From NCBI RefSeq assembly GCF_036321535.1, contig NC_087437.1, positions 55,802,001-55,866,000 on the forward strand: DNA of 64,000 nt. Reading direction: 5' to 3'. Below, piece after piece: positions 1 through 14,129 of the stretch; position 1 is the first letter of the stretch, and each line of letters starts with the position of its first letter. Below the pieces are notes generated by a model, which did no database searches, had not been told where the DNA came from, and saw only the letters and a list, made by a program, of their open reading frames with translations. The position numbers were made by a program, and so were the translations under genes. The stretch is from Camelus dromedarius. Its lineage: Eukaryota.

Positions 1-260
1 GTTAAGGAAGGCTTCTATTGGACATGGCATTGAAGCTAAAACTGAAAGATGAGATGGGAAACAGCTGGCGTGGGCAAAAGGCTTGAGGACAGAAGGAGGT
101 TGCCTTTGAAAAACGGAAGCAATGCTGTTCTTCAGTGAGCAAAGAGGAGGGTTTCAAATAGTGTGACAGAGGCCACTTAAAGATTTGGGGCTTTTATTCT
201 AAGAGATTAGGAATCAGGTCCAGGTGTTCAAGCATGAAGGTGATGTGGTCAGATCTTCAG
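1..260 (-). mobile_element. L2 LINE fragment
   Basis: Purine-rich 'ggaaggcttc...tgaagctaaaactgaaagatgag' and 'gggcttttattctaag' motifs typical of antisense L2; recognised by eye. Confidence 0.6.
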
Positions 261-454
261 GGAGTTGCCGGTGTAGCTCCAAGGAGCTGAGTCTCTTAAC
301 TCTTGGCAAATAACACATTCTAAGAACGGTTGAAGTTTTATATCCTGTCTTTATTGAGTGGAAAATGTTTCCTTTAGATATAAAAGAAGCATGCTTTCAC
401 TGAGTGTAACTCTTAGATAAAAATTCCAGGCAGAAGTTTGAGTGACTCTGAGTG

Positions 455-680
455 AAGGATTCTTAAGAAAGTGGGTTCTCGAGCCAGATTTACTGGTTTC
501 CCGTTTGAGCTCTGTCACTTACTACCACGAGCAATTAATCTTGTGGAACTTCAGTTTCCTCGTCTATAAAGTATGTATAAAACCTGGGATAATAATTCCA
601 CCTAGTTCAGGAGGATTAAGTGAGCACTTAAACACTATAAGGAACATAGTAAAGACTCAAAGAATTTTGTAGTAATAGTA
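455..680 (+). mobile_element. MIR SINE
   Basis: MIR core 'gctctgtcacttact...ttcagtttcctcgtctataaa...gggataataat...aggattaagtgag'. Confidence 0.75.
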
Positions 681-1363
681 ATAGCTAATATTCTTTTTGG
701 AGAGGATTGAATGTGGATGCTAAATATGGTTTAGATTTTTTAAAATCTTGATAGTCACCATTATTTTTAGTATGTCTTCAGTTTCATATCATGGGGAGCA
801 AAGCTATCTCCTATGATAAAATGTTAACCACATTTAACCACCTCATTGCTTTAAAGTCATAATTTCCGATATGGTCTAGACAGATACATTATCAAAATTA
901 TGTTTAGATTTTAAACTCACTTTGAAAACCAACAAAACATTATTGGTGAGTTTCTAAAAATCACAGTTGCCTGCTTTTATAGATGGCATAACCTTCACTA
1001 AAGAGCTTCATTGCTGTGTAGTTTATTCTCTTAACATTACCAAGTCTGCTTTAAAAGCTATTAAAACAGGGATTTTTTTATAGATTAAAAATTTCCTGAA
1101 ACATATTTTTGAGCCATTTTTAATAAATAATTCCTAGTCTGACTTAAAGAACTGAAACTATATATACTTTTCCTATTATCTGGATCAGGAATTACTGAAT
1201 ACTAAAATTATACCTTTCTGCTTTCTGCTAAGCCCAGTGCTTCCTTGGTGTGTGTAATGGTGATGTCAGTTTCTTTTAGAATTGAGATGCTCATGATTAT
1301 AATTTTGTTCATTTGTCATTATTACTAGAAGGGAGCACTTAATGAAATCATAGACGGTAAAGG

Positions 1364-1540
1364 TTTTTTTTGCTTTTTTTTTTTTTTTGCTTTTTTTGTT
1401 TGTTTTTGTTTGGGGGTAGGTAATTAGGTTTATTTGTTATTTACCTTTAAATTATTATTGTTATTTTTTAATGGAGGTACTGGGGATTGAACCCAGGACT
1501 TTGTGCATGCTAAGCAAGCACTCTCCCACCGAGCTATTTT
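1364..1540 (-). mobile_element. tRNA-derived SINE (camelid Vic-1-like)
   Basis: Reverse strand reads TAGCTCGGTGGGAGAGTGCTTGCTTAGCATGCACAAAGTCCTGGGTTCAATCCCCAGTACCTCC (A and B boxes), followed by an A-rich tail. Confidence 0.85.
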
Positions 1541-4372
1541 TCCTTAATTGAGCTCTACACAGAGTAGCTGTATTTGGATTTGAGTTTTAGCTTCACTGCA
1601 TTTCACACTTCCTGGCTTTGCAAGTGCTATGTCTAATATTTGTTGACACTATTGTCTACCTGATTAATCAACTTTGAATTTATTTGTCTCTCCTGCCCTT
1701 GTCAGTGTTGACTGGAGCTTTTAGGGAGCTCTCTCCTAAATTATGGAATCTTGGACCTCAAAGGAATCTTGACACTTTGTATCAAAACATAAAACATTCT
1801 AGTAAACTCTTCGCAGGCTGTCTTTCTAGGTTTGTGCATTTAAATGCTTTAGTTTTACATTTTGTTCATTATAAGGTACGAATATATTTTACCTCCAAAC
1901 ACTCACTTTCCAGAATCCTTTGGAAGACAGAACAAATGAAATACCTCACAAAATCTGGCTGGGAGAAAAAATGTGATGCTCAATAAATTCTTAAGGTGGA
2001 AAGATGGTGCTTTAACTTGACATTATAATACAAATATCTTCTTGACCTCAAATGGAGCACTTTAAGTCAATTGTGTTTAATTTTAGCATAAAACAAACCA
2101 ATCATTCTTTGAGGTGAGGCAGGTGGTAGAAGACTAAAAAATGACAAGCATTTCTCCCTAAGGCAGTGCTTGGTGAAAAGTCACTATCCTGCCAATATAT
2201 GGGGATAAAAATGTAGTACTGTCTGCTAGAGCATAATCGAATGAATGCTTTGCAAAGCCAGGGTCATGAAGAAAACTGTTTTCTTTTCCCGGGGCGGGGT
2301 GGTTAGAATGTTCAGAAAGCTCCTCCGTGAAGTCTGAGGTGAAAGGTTATATTGGCTGAGGAAACTACATGTTCTGCCTGAAACATTTTGGATTTGTAGG
2401 TGCAGTCTGGCAAATCTGTACAAAGGAAAAAAATAACCAGGCGCCTCATTTTTTGAAAGCACTCTCATGGCATTATTTTTAAACAGTGTTGTACATGAGA
2501 ATGGGCAACCCTAAGAATGTTAGAACTAGTGCACCAGTTCTGTTTTATCATCAGATTCAACCTCTTAAATTTTATACTGCTTACTTTATAGGAGAATAAG
2601 GTCCAGGTTGTTTAAGTACCTTGCCCAGGGGTATATAGCACATTAGTGGCAGCTTTGGGACTTACACCCCATGTCACAAAGTCCAAGTTCAGAGTTCTGC
2701 ATTACTAGAATTCATTCAGGAAGAAAAGGAGTGCTGAAGACTGCTCAGTTCCCTAGCCACCTCTAACAGTCAGTCAAGGATTAGCAATATAATTTCTTTC
2801 AAATGAAATCTGGGCAAGTTACTGTTTCCTGTGACACAGGTCCATTTAAATTGAGGTAAATAAATGGATTATATATCCCAAAAGTAACCTCTTCTCTGCC
2901 TAATATGGCCCTCATTCTCATATTTTACTAATCTCTTGTCATATATTATTAGCTATTGTTGCCATAAATTAGCTATTACAGATAGTAATGTCCAGGAAAA
3001 AGAACTTACACAATTTCTCTGAGCCAGAAAAATTGGAGAGAGATTTTCAGAACTGCAAATTATATCTATGTTCTTGTTTCACTGCACTGGTCATATGGCT
3101 TGATTGGAATTCTTTTTGGATGTTTAGTTATTTTATAGGAAAGTAATTACATTACCAACTTTAAGAGGGTCTAAACCCAGGTATTCAATATTGAGTTTTG
3201 TTTACAGTGCTATATACTGATACACATTATTGCTGAGCAAGAAGAAGATTCAGGCCCATAATATATTCAAAATTTAAGATCATCAACCAATGTAATCCAG
3301 GAAAGAAAAATAAAATAAAACTAAAGAGGTCACATTTATAGGACACTTTTAAAACGATGACCAGTCAGGAGAACTCTATCGTCTGTACTGCCATTTTAAC
3401 TGTAAATGTGCAAATTGAAGTTGAGTGAAGAAATAAATCAGGGTCTGTAGATGCCTATGAGAATTCAAAAGAACTTATGGGAGGAGAACAACAAACAAAC
3501 AAAAACAAGAAAACACTCCTTCTGTGCTTGGACACAGTAGTTATACACTTGCTCTTTCCTAATGGTGAAAGCAAGTGATTTGAGGTTCAGCCCCGGGGGA
3601 TCCCCGCACTCACCAGACCAGCTCCTTGTTTCAGAACACCCGCAGGGGCTTCTGTGATTGCTTGGAGCATGGTAAGTCTCTGTGACCCAGGTGTGTTTCA
3701 TCCTTTCTGTGGTCAGATCAGCAAATCTGCGATGAACGCGAATACATTCCAGCTACAGATGTTGGTAATTTTCCAGGATCCAAGCAATGAGCCTTCTATT
3801 TCAAAGTTATTTTATAGGAAATGAAGCATTTGTCTGAATCCAGTCTTATATTAGTTCTCAGGCTTATAATAGCTATCAGACAAATTATGTTCATCCTTAT
3901 CTTTTATATTTTGTGGAAAGAAGACCGTCTCCTCTTTCAGACACATTAGGGTTGGTATAAAACATTTTTCATCTATTCATACATGGAGTGTCTATAAAGT
4001 GTTTTAAGGTTATTCCAGGATCAGGATACCTTGTGGTTAGAAAGGGACTATCTACTTCCTATTACATTTCAAATGTGCTAATAGCTTTTGTGACATAAGA
4101 AACACATGGGACGTCTGGTACCCCACAGAGTTCTTCTCAGGGTACTTTTTGTTACTTTTATGAGTGGTATGTTCTCACTTCTGAGACCCTATCTTACCTG
4201 TCACTAGAAATAGGCATCTCATTAGCATCCCAGCACAACACAGAGTTCTCCCTTCTGTGTTTATGGATTAATTACTGACCGTAAACAAAGGGCACAAGTA
4301 CTGCTTCCTTCACCTCACCAGCTTCACTTTGGTGGAAAATAAGAAATAAATGTTATTCACATTAACCTGGTA

Positions 4373-4537
4373 CGGAGCTAGCTTCATAGGCATGCAAAGT
4401 GTGCGGTCAGGAAAGGGCCCCGTGCTTTGTTTAAGGCTCTTCTGTCACCATGTTGAAACTCTTAATAATTTATGAACAAGAGGCCCTGCGTTTGCATCAT
4501 TTTGCAATGAGCCATGTGAATTATTTCGCTCGTCCTG
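4373..4537 (+). mobile_element. MER91A-like hAT MITE
   Basis: Matches remembered MER91A consensus (gcttcatgggc...agggccccg...tcttaataattt.tgaacaag...gtcctg) with degenerate terminal inverted repeats. Confidence 0.75.
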
Positions 4538-5238
4538 CCTCTCTAACCCTTGTTCCTCTTGGCTAGGTTGGTCCACCCTTGGCCTCCAATTGTACTTTGT
4601 CAACATGTCCACTCTCTTCAAATCAAAGAAATAAGCAAATAAGAACCTTTTGCCTTTGTTGTTACTGAAATGCTTTTTAAACTGACTTCAAAAGTACCGT
4701 TTCCTATGACAGGTTTCTGACATTGATTTTTGAATAAAGCTATGAAATGTATCCACGTAGATTTCCAGTCACACGATTCTGCCTTTGGTGGGTTCACTGT
4801 CTGTGCTTTAGGTTAGTTAACTGCAAGGTGGTGTTGGTTCCTGCTCTTTTACAAAGACAATTGAGTCTACTGCTTAGATTTTGTTTCTCCAAAGTAAAAT
4901 TTGAGAAAAGCTTAAATTGCAATATGTTTTCCTATTTTTATCTTGAAGAGCAAGCAGCTTTTTGCCCAAACCTGAGCGCTCCAGCTTTACGTTATGTAAA
5001 TTGAGATGTCAGCATTGGAGGCAAACCCTCATTGTTGTCCAGTAAAATATTTCACCCGAACTATGTGGGATTAAAAATTATGGCATTTAAAGGCATAGCC
5101 CTCAACTCCCATATTAATGTTATTAATGACTTGAAATAAGATTTCCACTTCTTTGGTGCCGCTCAATATGTCCAGTCTTACTGCTGTCCCAAGGGGTCAT
5201 CTTTGTACCTCTGAGGTAAATAGAGTTCCCATTTCTCT

Positions 5239-5367
5239 CTCTTTTTTAAATTTTATATTTTATTGATGTGTATTTGATTTACAATGTTAGTTTCAGGTGT
5301 TCAGTGAAGTGGTTCAAAGTAGTTATATGTATACATACATATACATGCATATATATGTGTGTGTGTA

Positions 5368-5416
<49 letters not shown>

Positions 5417-5581
5417 CAGATTATTTTCCATTATAGGTTACTACAAGATATCGACTATAGTTCCCTGTGCTCTACAGTAGGTCCTTGTTGTTTATCTATT
5501 TTATCTATAGTAGCGTGTATCCGTTAATCTCAAGCTCCTAATTTATCCCTCTCCCTCTTTCCCTTTGGTAACCATAGTTTG
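5239..5581 (-). mobile_element. 5'-truncated L1 3' UTR with internal (TG)n(TA)n microsatellite
   Basis: L1 3'-end motifs on the minus strand; 12-bp target-site duplication TCCCATTTCTCT at 5227-5238 and 5582-5593. Confidence 0.9.
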
Positions 5582-6493
5582 TCCCATTTCTCTTCAGTCC
5601 TTCAAGAAGCACTGAATGTTTACTCACTGGGTTTTAAAGCTGTGTCCCCAGACTTTTCTCTTGACATATATTGAAAAAAAAAAAGATTCAAAGGGCCATG
5701 GTTCTTTGTTCTCATCCAAGCCCACAATTAGCTGAAGTTCCATTCTGTGTAGCTAGAAGGAGGAGAGGGATGGCCCGACAGACAGGCTTTTTACTGCCTG
5801 TGAGAAAGTGCTGGGCGCTTTTCTTTGTCCCTTTCGTCAGGGCCGGCTGCCTCCCTAATTGTACTGCTGTAGGGAAGCACGTGCCTCCGGGAGCATTATC
5901 TGATTCCTACAGGATGCTCAGGAGTGCTTGGTAGACTGACTCTTAACTTGCACACAAATAATAATTTCTTTTCAATCCCCTTCCTGGACTGTTGCCGCAG
6001 GCTTGGACACCTCAAAGCTTTCATTCAGCCAGGGCCTCGGGTTTTAGTTTTTTCTCTCCTAGTTGTCTCACCTGCAGTTTGCCTCACCTGTCAAGAGGGG
6101 AAGCTGAAGTTAGGGGGGAGGAGAGGAATGGGAGCCGTAGAAGTTAGAGGGGAGAGAAGGCCAGACTGACAGCTGCTCTTGTCAGCAGGGGGATAAATGT
6201 GAAGAGATTAATTGTTATTTGAAGAGCAAATGGGGACATGGCATTCAGCAGTGGAATTCGAATATATAAATGTAATGGAATGGGCATGCGACTGTTAACA
6301 TTTAGACAGATGCTCCCTGGACTGAATGGAATGGAAGAGTCCTTTCTCCTCCCCATGTGGAATACCTAAAGTTTAGTAAAATAATTTTATTATGCTTAAA
6401 GTTCAATTAAAATTGTTTTCAAACATCAATTCCTTTGTGAGTTTGCTCTTCACCATAGTTTGACTATATCTGGGACTCTCAATGTTATATTTC

Positions 6494-6615
6494 TTTTTAA
6501 AATTTTTTATTATAATCTTTACTTTTTCCCCTTAACGGAGGCACTGGGGATTGAATCCAGGACCCTGAGCACACCAAGCATGTGCTCTACCTCTGAGCTA
6601 TACTACCCTAGCCCC
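6494..6615 (-). mobile_element. tRNA-derived SINE (Vic-1-like)
   Basis: Same tRNA-like head as the copy at 1364-1540; TSD-like GTTATATTTC (6484-6493) and GTTGTATTTC (6620-6629). Confidence 0.85.
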
Positions 6616-7679
6616 AAGAGTTGTATTTCAGTTGAAGAGCCAGACTCCTTATTTCCTTTATAAAATATGTACTAACAGGACTCCCTTCTTCTTCTTGCTT
6701 TTGATTTGTTCTCCCATCTCTAACTTGAAGAAACAATGAGGTTTCCTTGTGTCAGAAGGTTTTACAAAGGGAAAACGGTACCCCAGGCAGGTGGCCCCTT
6801 CTGGCAATGTGTCCAATTTGACTCAGGAATGGCTTGAATTATCTGATCAAGCTGACAGGTGTGATGGTGTGGGCAGGGCCCTCGATTCAGAATCAGAAAA
6901 TTTGGTTTCAAAATCCTTACTTTTTGCTAATTAGCTGATGCTTGAGCGAATCACTTCCCCTCTCCGAGAGTAATACAGTAAAGAGATTTTGGCTGATGAA
7001 ACGAGAAGTTAAATCATTCGTTCCATAAATGTCTTACTGAGAACCTATTCTGCGTCTCTTCTGGAAGAAATAAAAGCATCTGACAGAGAATTTGTATGAA
7101 CTAATGTATTTCTGAATTATACCAAATATAGAATTTTAATCATAACCAGACAAAATTTCTCTTACACATATTCTACTTTAGAAAATAATAAACTGCTCCA
7201 AAGAAAATAGAACAGATGGAAAATTAGGCCGTGCCTGGATGATATATTAGCATGTTATCTTTTAAAATATATACTGCCTCTCCCTAACCCTGCTACCCAT
7301 TCCCCTCCAGTCTTCATGAACCCGGTTCTTGAGGGGAAGATGGTAGCCTGGGACAGAATTTAGAATTGCAAGACTAAAAGGAAATTTGGAGAACAACCGA
7401 TTTTGCTCTGTAAACAACAATTTGATGCTTAAATCCCCTTTAGAACATGTCTGTCCAGTGGTCTTCCTCATTCTGAATACCAGGACAGAAGGGAAAAAGA
7501 AAGAATAGCAGGTGGTATTTGTTTATTTGGAAGAATTCATAAGCAGCTACTGAGCGCTGGCTCTTTCTGCCCAGTTTGTGAAAATGACATAATCTACTTT
7601 CAAATGCTCTGGAGGAGATCACAGTCTCTAAAAGCTGCATATGAAGCTGTGTGATGTGTGCAGGGCATCCCAGAACAGA

Positions 7680-8450
<771 letters not shown>

Positions 8451-11400
8451 TCGTAGGATTTTGCAGTCTTTGTTTGCAGTCTGCAAGTGTAGGATAGTTA
8501 CGAGTCATTATTTTGAAGAAAGATATGTCACATTAAGGTGTAAAGAGAAATTAAAATCTCGTTTGTTAAGAAAGGGCTGAATTTGTTTATACATGCAGGT
8601 TCTATATCATGAATCATAATGTATTGACACATACATGTTTATTACATTTACAAGCGTTTTTTCCCCCCAAAAGAAGCCTCTAAACCTACATATCAGAGCC
8701 CTGAATTAGTTCAAAGAGATTCTGATGAAAAAATGTTGACAACAACAAAAAAAGTATATATAGCTTTTCTGAGAAAACATGGAAATACTTTTTAAAGTGA
8801 AAAAGGTACCAGAATGCTTATTCTGTTTCAGAGTCTATTTTGTAATGTGTTATAACATGGATAAAGCTGAAATATAAGGGAGGAGACCTCTGAGACTGGT
8901 TTTAAGTGGTTGATCAAAGAACGCCCAAGACCAAAGTGGCAGATAGATGTGTCCAACAATTTAATGTTTGTGTGAATTATAGAAAGGCTTCTAGATATCA
9001 TCAACTTGCTGAGAAGTGGCTTTAGAATTGTTTTAAGTTTTTTCTCCCCTCTTTGGCAAATAGGTTTCCTTGGAAAGCAGTTCTCTTTGTATGTTATAGC
9101 ATCTAGGCTTTACTTCTGTTAAGCAAGTTTATGAAATAATCTGCATTAGTAACATGAAATTCCAACGGAATTTCACACGTGTCCCATCGTTCTGACGTCA
9201 ATTCTTTGTACGTGGGGGAGGGCAAGTTACACAACTCCCATTTTACTAGTGAGAAAGGCTGAGGAACGTGGGGTTTGCTGACACCCTTCCAGTTACTGCG
9301 ACTTTTGTGTAGCTGCCCCTGTTTCTGACTTGGCCACCCTCCCCCACCATTAGACTGTATGCTTGCTTTCTTTTTCTACCATGTCATATCAGTGTATCCC
9401 AGAATTGTCTAAAAAATTATTTTAGTGCTTTTCTTTCATAGTTTGAGAAGCAGTTCTGTCATGGTTCATATTGCAACCATAAAGTAGAATTAGTAGCTCA
9501 AAACTTGATCTCTCTTCCATGTGTGTTTTTTTTTTAATTTTAATCAATTGTGTCATCATTTTTAATCTTTTTTATGTTAATAATTGTGGCGGTAGACACC
9601 ACAGGTGAGTACACTTAGAGTCCATAGGCCTTAAATAAATATTGGTTGATTGATCGAAGTAATATTTTGCTGAAGAACCACTAAAATAACCATTGTATAA
9701 CTGGAGCACTGATGTGTTTTAGAATAGGAGCCACCAGTTGGATGTTTACAGTTGCTGATCTTTGAAGCTAACAGTTTCTCATCTGGCATACTGACGCAGA
9801 GCACCACAGTATTACGAGTGACCCCATCTGTGGGATGATGGGCATACGGGGGCCGCTAAATGCAAAATCACTTCCCTCCTAAAATGGCTTAAGGACTGTG
9901 GGGATGGAGCAGATGCAAGGACAACATTCCATCAGTCTTTCTTCCTCCTCTCTCCCTCCCCACTTCCTCAGACAGAAATTGTAAGGCTTTTTTTTTTTTT
10001 TTTCCCAGAGTTAGCACCATTCTGAACCATCTTCCATCAAAGCCCCTCTCTCAGAGAAGTACGTTGTCTCACAACATATGGTTGGGGATATTGATGTAAG
10101 TGGTAGGTTAAAAAGGCCAGAGAATGTTCTGCTGAGTACCCTGGTAAAAATTTCCTCATGTGGGACCACGGTGGGATCAGAACCCTGAGAAAGGGGCAGC
10201 CACTGTGGTGGTGGGAAAGATCACGTGCTGAGAGCCAGGAAACCTGGGTTCTTATCGGAATCATCCTTGCGACCTTAGCCAAGTCACTTCATCTTTCTGG
10301 AACTCAGTCTTTGCTTCTGACGAGGAGGAGCAGGGTGAGATCTACTCCCTTTTCTTAAGGTGAGATGGTATTATTAATGAACATAGAAAGTTTTTAGAAG
10401 AACTTAGATTCTAATCAGGTATTTCGCCTGCCATTAACAAGTGACCTCGGTTAAGCTGGTTTGCCTTTCTTGGATTTCTAGGTAGTGGTCCACAGCCTGC
10501 GCTACAGAAATGACAGAATGCAATGACTGAGTTAGATGTCCATCCCCTCCCACTGTAACATGGTATTTGTAATACCATGATATTTATAAGTATATGGTAT
10601 TTCATTAATGTTCTTTCTTGTTCACAATAAGTGTGTTTCAAGTTCCATAGAATTATGGTATTTATTTTAAATGTCTTCCAATGAAATAAAGGGAAGAGTG
10701 ATGACATTTTTCTGTATTCTCTGTTTCACACACATGCACACAGTCACACTCAAACCAACACTGAATTTAGGATTTAGTTTCAGACTTTCTTCTTCTTTTT
10801 ACAGTGTAATTGGTACTCTTGATAGAGGCCTACCATTTCATATAATACAGTGCTGGTCTAGTATTATAGCTGGGAACAATCAGCCATAAGTCAGCTGACA
10901 GTATGGTAATTTAGAAATGGCAGGAAACTTAGGTGCCGATTTCAACCCTGAAATTTACTAGCAGCATTTGGGACCTGCCCCCACCCCCAAATGCATTCTC
11001 TTTAAACCTGACTTTTTCTATCTACAAATGAGGTTGTTCAGACTTTCTTTCTCATGAGGATCACATGCGAGGTATAAGTGCACCTATCAGTACCTGGCTA
11101 GTCAGGGCACATGCATGTTTACTGAGTCTGAATTTGAATCCCTTGACTTCATGAATTTATTTCAATTTTGTTGAGAGTTCAGTGGTGCAACAAGTAATAA
11201 TTTGAGAGATGGCAAATCAAAATGTCTCTTACTTTTTTTTTTTTTCTATTGGTTTTGGGCTATTGACCTGCATGCTTCAGCTCCCAGGAACTGTGATATT
11301 ATGCACTACTCAAATATATGAACGGATGGCACAGGGTGATAACAGGCTCCCCCGTATGCGGGCTTCGGCAGGCTGGCCACGCTGCTGCTTTCCTAAGCCT

Positions 11401-13296
11401 TTCCAAGCAGTTGTGGGTCCGCTCTGCCAGCACCAGGGCCTTTTTCAGCTTTGACTTCCAGCATTTATTGCTCACTTTTAATCTGCCACTTCATGTAGGG
11501 GTATGCCTTTTTTAATTCTCTGTGCTCAATAAAGAATAACAGTGGGTTTATGGTGGCAAAGTATTGGAGGCAACCTCCACCCTCACCAGTGGTTCAGTAA
11601 ATTGGGGCATATCCACGTGACAACATACTCTATGGCTATTCAGTAGATGCACTGATCTGGAATGCTTTTGGACTTGCTGGTGAAGAAGAGCTAAGCTTTC
11701 TGTGACACCTGCTTGAGAATTGAAAGGACGGGTAAGGACACCACTTCTGGAGGGAAAAGTGCTTTCTTTTGCTGGACTCCAGGAACAAGGCATTTTTTGT
11801 GAATATGGGTCAGTCTCTCTTGATCATTGGCCTCATGCACCTCTGTCAGTTTGAGAGATGTTTTTACCACAACCCCTGACACACAGTATTATCTGTGTGC
11901 AAACACTGGGAAAATCCTCAGGTCAGTGTTTCTCTGATGTGCTCAGCCTGAGATAATGACCCTGGCCTTTGGACAGACATCACTTTTTGCTCTTGTGACT
12001 TTCTCCCTTCAGAGACGTCAGGGTCTTCTAGGGCAGGCACCTTGACCTAGTGCTCAGCCCCATGTCCAGCATATAGTAGGCTCATAAAAATATATTTTTT
12101 TAAAGTGTTTTCTCATGGCTAAAGGAAACAAGTACCCCTCCATTCTGACCTTGATTGTTAACTCTCCGTGAACTTGATGGCTTTTGCCTCCACCCATGAT
12201 TTAGAGAGCCTTCTTCCTTTGCCTTTCCTAATCATGCCAGCCTCGTGTTGTGTTCAGAGCTTTGAAGAATCTGCCTTGAGCAAGTGGAGAGATTAGGGAG
12301 GTGGCATTTGAAAGGGGAACAGCCAGTTCCCCAGAGAGTTTCATTGATCCCAGCATCTCGGTCTTGCAAGCTTGCTTCCCTTGGCTTCACAGGCAAGCTG
12401 AGATGCATGCCTGTGGCCCACCCTCCCTGTCATCAGGTTACCTGTAATGTAAGACTTCCAGAATGAGGCTGCCAGCTCTGCAGAAATCTAATGCAAGCCA
12501 GCCCATTGCGTGGCCCTCTGGAATCTTGGGCCTCTTAAGAATAGCCCATCAAAGGACATGATGTACAGACAAACTTTTCCATGGTGAATATGATTTATCA
12601 GCTTCCTTGCACAAAGGAAACACGTCTCTCATTAGAGTTGGAGCCTTCCCTGGGGCTTGTCTTCAAACTGTGTGGCTGTGAGATTTCATTGCTGAGGGAC
12701 AGCAGTCAGTGGACTTGGCTCTTGCCAGCGATACATTTGTTAATCATAACAAGGTTATTTTCACTCTTCAGCATAGCTGTCCTATAAATCTCCGGAGGTA
12801 CATCTGAGAGTGTCTTTTTTGTGCCCCTCCCACAGTAAAGAAAATAGTAACATTGAGCATTTTTGCCTGTTATTAAAGCTAATTCTTCGTTCTCAGAGAA
12901 TGGAGAATGAATGTCCTAAATAAAGGACTTGGAGATTTGGTGATGGTTCCTCTTACTTACTTAGCTCTAGGTTTTGGATTTAAAAGCAAATTTCCATCGT
13001 AACCTTTGCTGCAGGGGTTTGTTCCCATTCCAGAGCAGAATCAACTCAATCAGCATGTTTGCCCTAATTTGTTTAAATTAACTCTCAGCTAAAATATTTG
13101 TGATAAGCCAGTTTCGCCTAATCTAATGTTTAGGGCCCTCCCACACTATTCAGTGATTTGCTGAGTGCACTGTAGAGTTTCTATTTAAAAGAAAAAAATT
13201 TAGTACTTATTTACTTCATCTAATATTATGAGAAATCACCATTTATTAAGAAGAAATAAATAGCAGATTTAAATAAAACTTGCCTTTTTTTCTCAA

Positions 13297-13330
13297 ATGT
13301 ATGTATGTATGTATGTATGTATGTATGTAT
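13297..13330. repeat. (ATGT)n microsatellite
   Basis: About 8 tandem ATGT units, read directly. Confidence 0.95.
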
Positions 13331-13346
13331 TTATAGAGAAGCTGCT

Positions 13347-13420
13347 TTATTATTTGTTTATTGAAGTATAGTCAGTTCACAATGTTGCCGATTTCTGGTG
13401 TACAGCACAGCATTTCAGTA
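13347..13420 (-). mobile_element. Very short L1 3' terminus
   Basis: 'ttgaagtatagtcagttcacaatgttg...atttctggtgtacagc' matches the termini of the other L1 copies in the window. Confidence 0.8.
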
Positions 13421-13861
13421 AGCTTGTGTTTCTTTTTCTGCTACAAAAAATAAATAAATAAATTAATAGCAGCACCGCCCCCCCCTTTTTTTCTGTTTAT
13501 TCTTTGTCCTGCTCTTCTGTCCCCGCTTCCCTCCTCCTCCTCCTCCCCCCCTTCCTCCTCCTCACCCACCTCTGTCCCTTAGGTTATCATTCTTAGTGGT
13601 CACTTTGGTTTTGTAGGTATTACCAGCCACTCAGTATTTTGTGTTCTCACTGTAGCTTTGGTTTCCCAGAATGGCAGATTATTATGAAGAGGACTGCAAT
13701 ATACATGAATTACCACGGAAATTTCCATCAAGAACAGGAATCAGATCGTTAGGCATTCCTCTCACAAATCACTTTGACCAATAATGGACTACCTTGGAGG
13801 TGGCAGACCCAAATATCTGTGGGACTAGGGAGGTAGCATAAATGAGTCAAATGCTGAGAAT

Positions 13862-14129
13862 GGGAGGGATAAATTAGGAGTTTAGCATGAGTAGAAACAA
13901 ACTACTGTACATAAAGTAGATAGACAACAAAGCCCTACTGTGGAACCCTGGGAACTATATTCAATAGCTTGTAATAACCTATAATGAAAAAGATGAAAAA
14001 GAGTATGAAAAAAATATGTATGTACATATGTGTGTGTGTGTATATATATATATATAACTGAATCACTATACTGTACACCAGAAATTAACACAACATTGTA
14101 ATTAGCTATACTTCAGTTAAAAAAAAAAA
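13862..14129 (+). mobile_element. 5'-truncated L1 3' UTR with poly(A)
   Basis: Ends 'tgtacaccagaaattaacacaacattgta...atacttcagttaaaaaaaaaaa'; TSD AAATG(C)TGAGAATGGG at 13849-13864 and 14127-14141. Confidence 0.9.
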
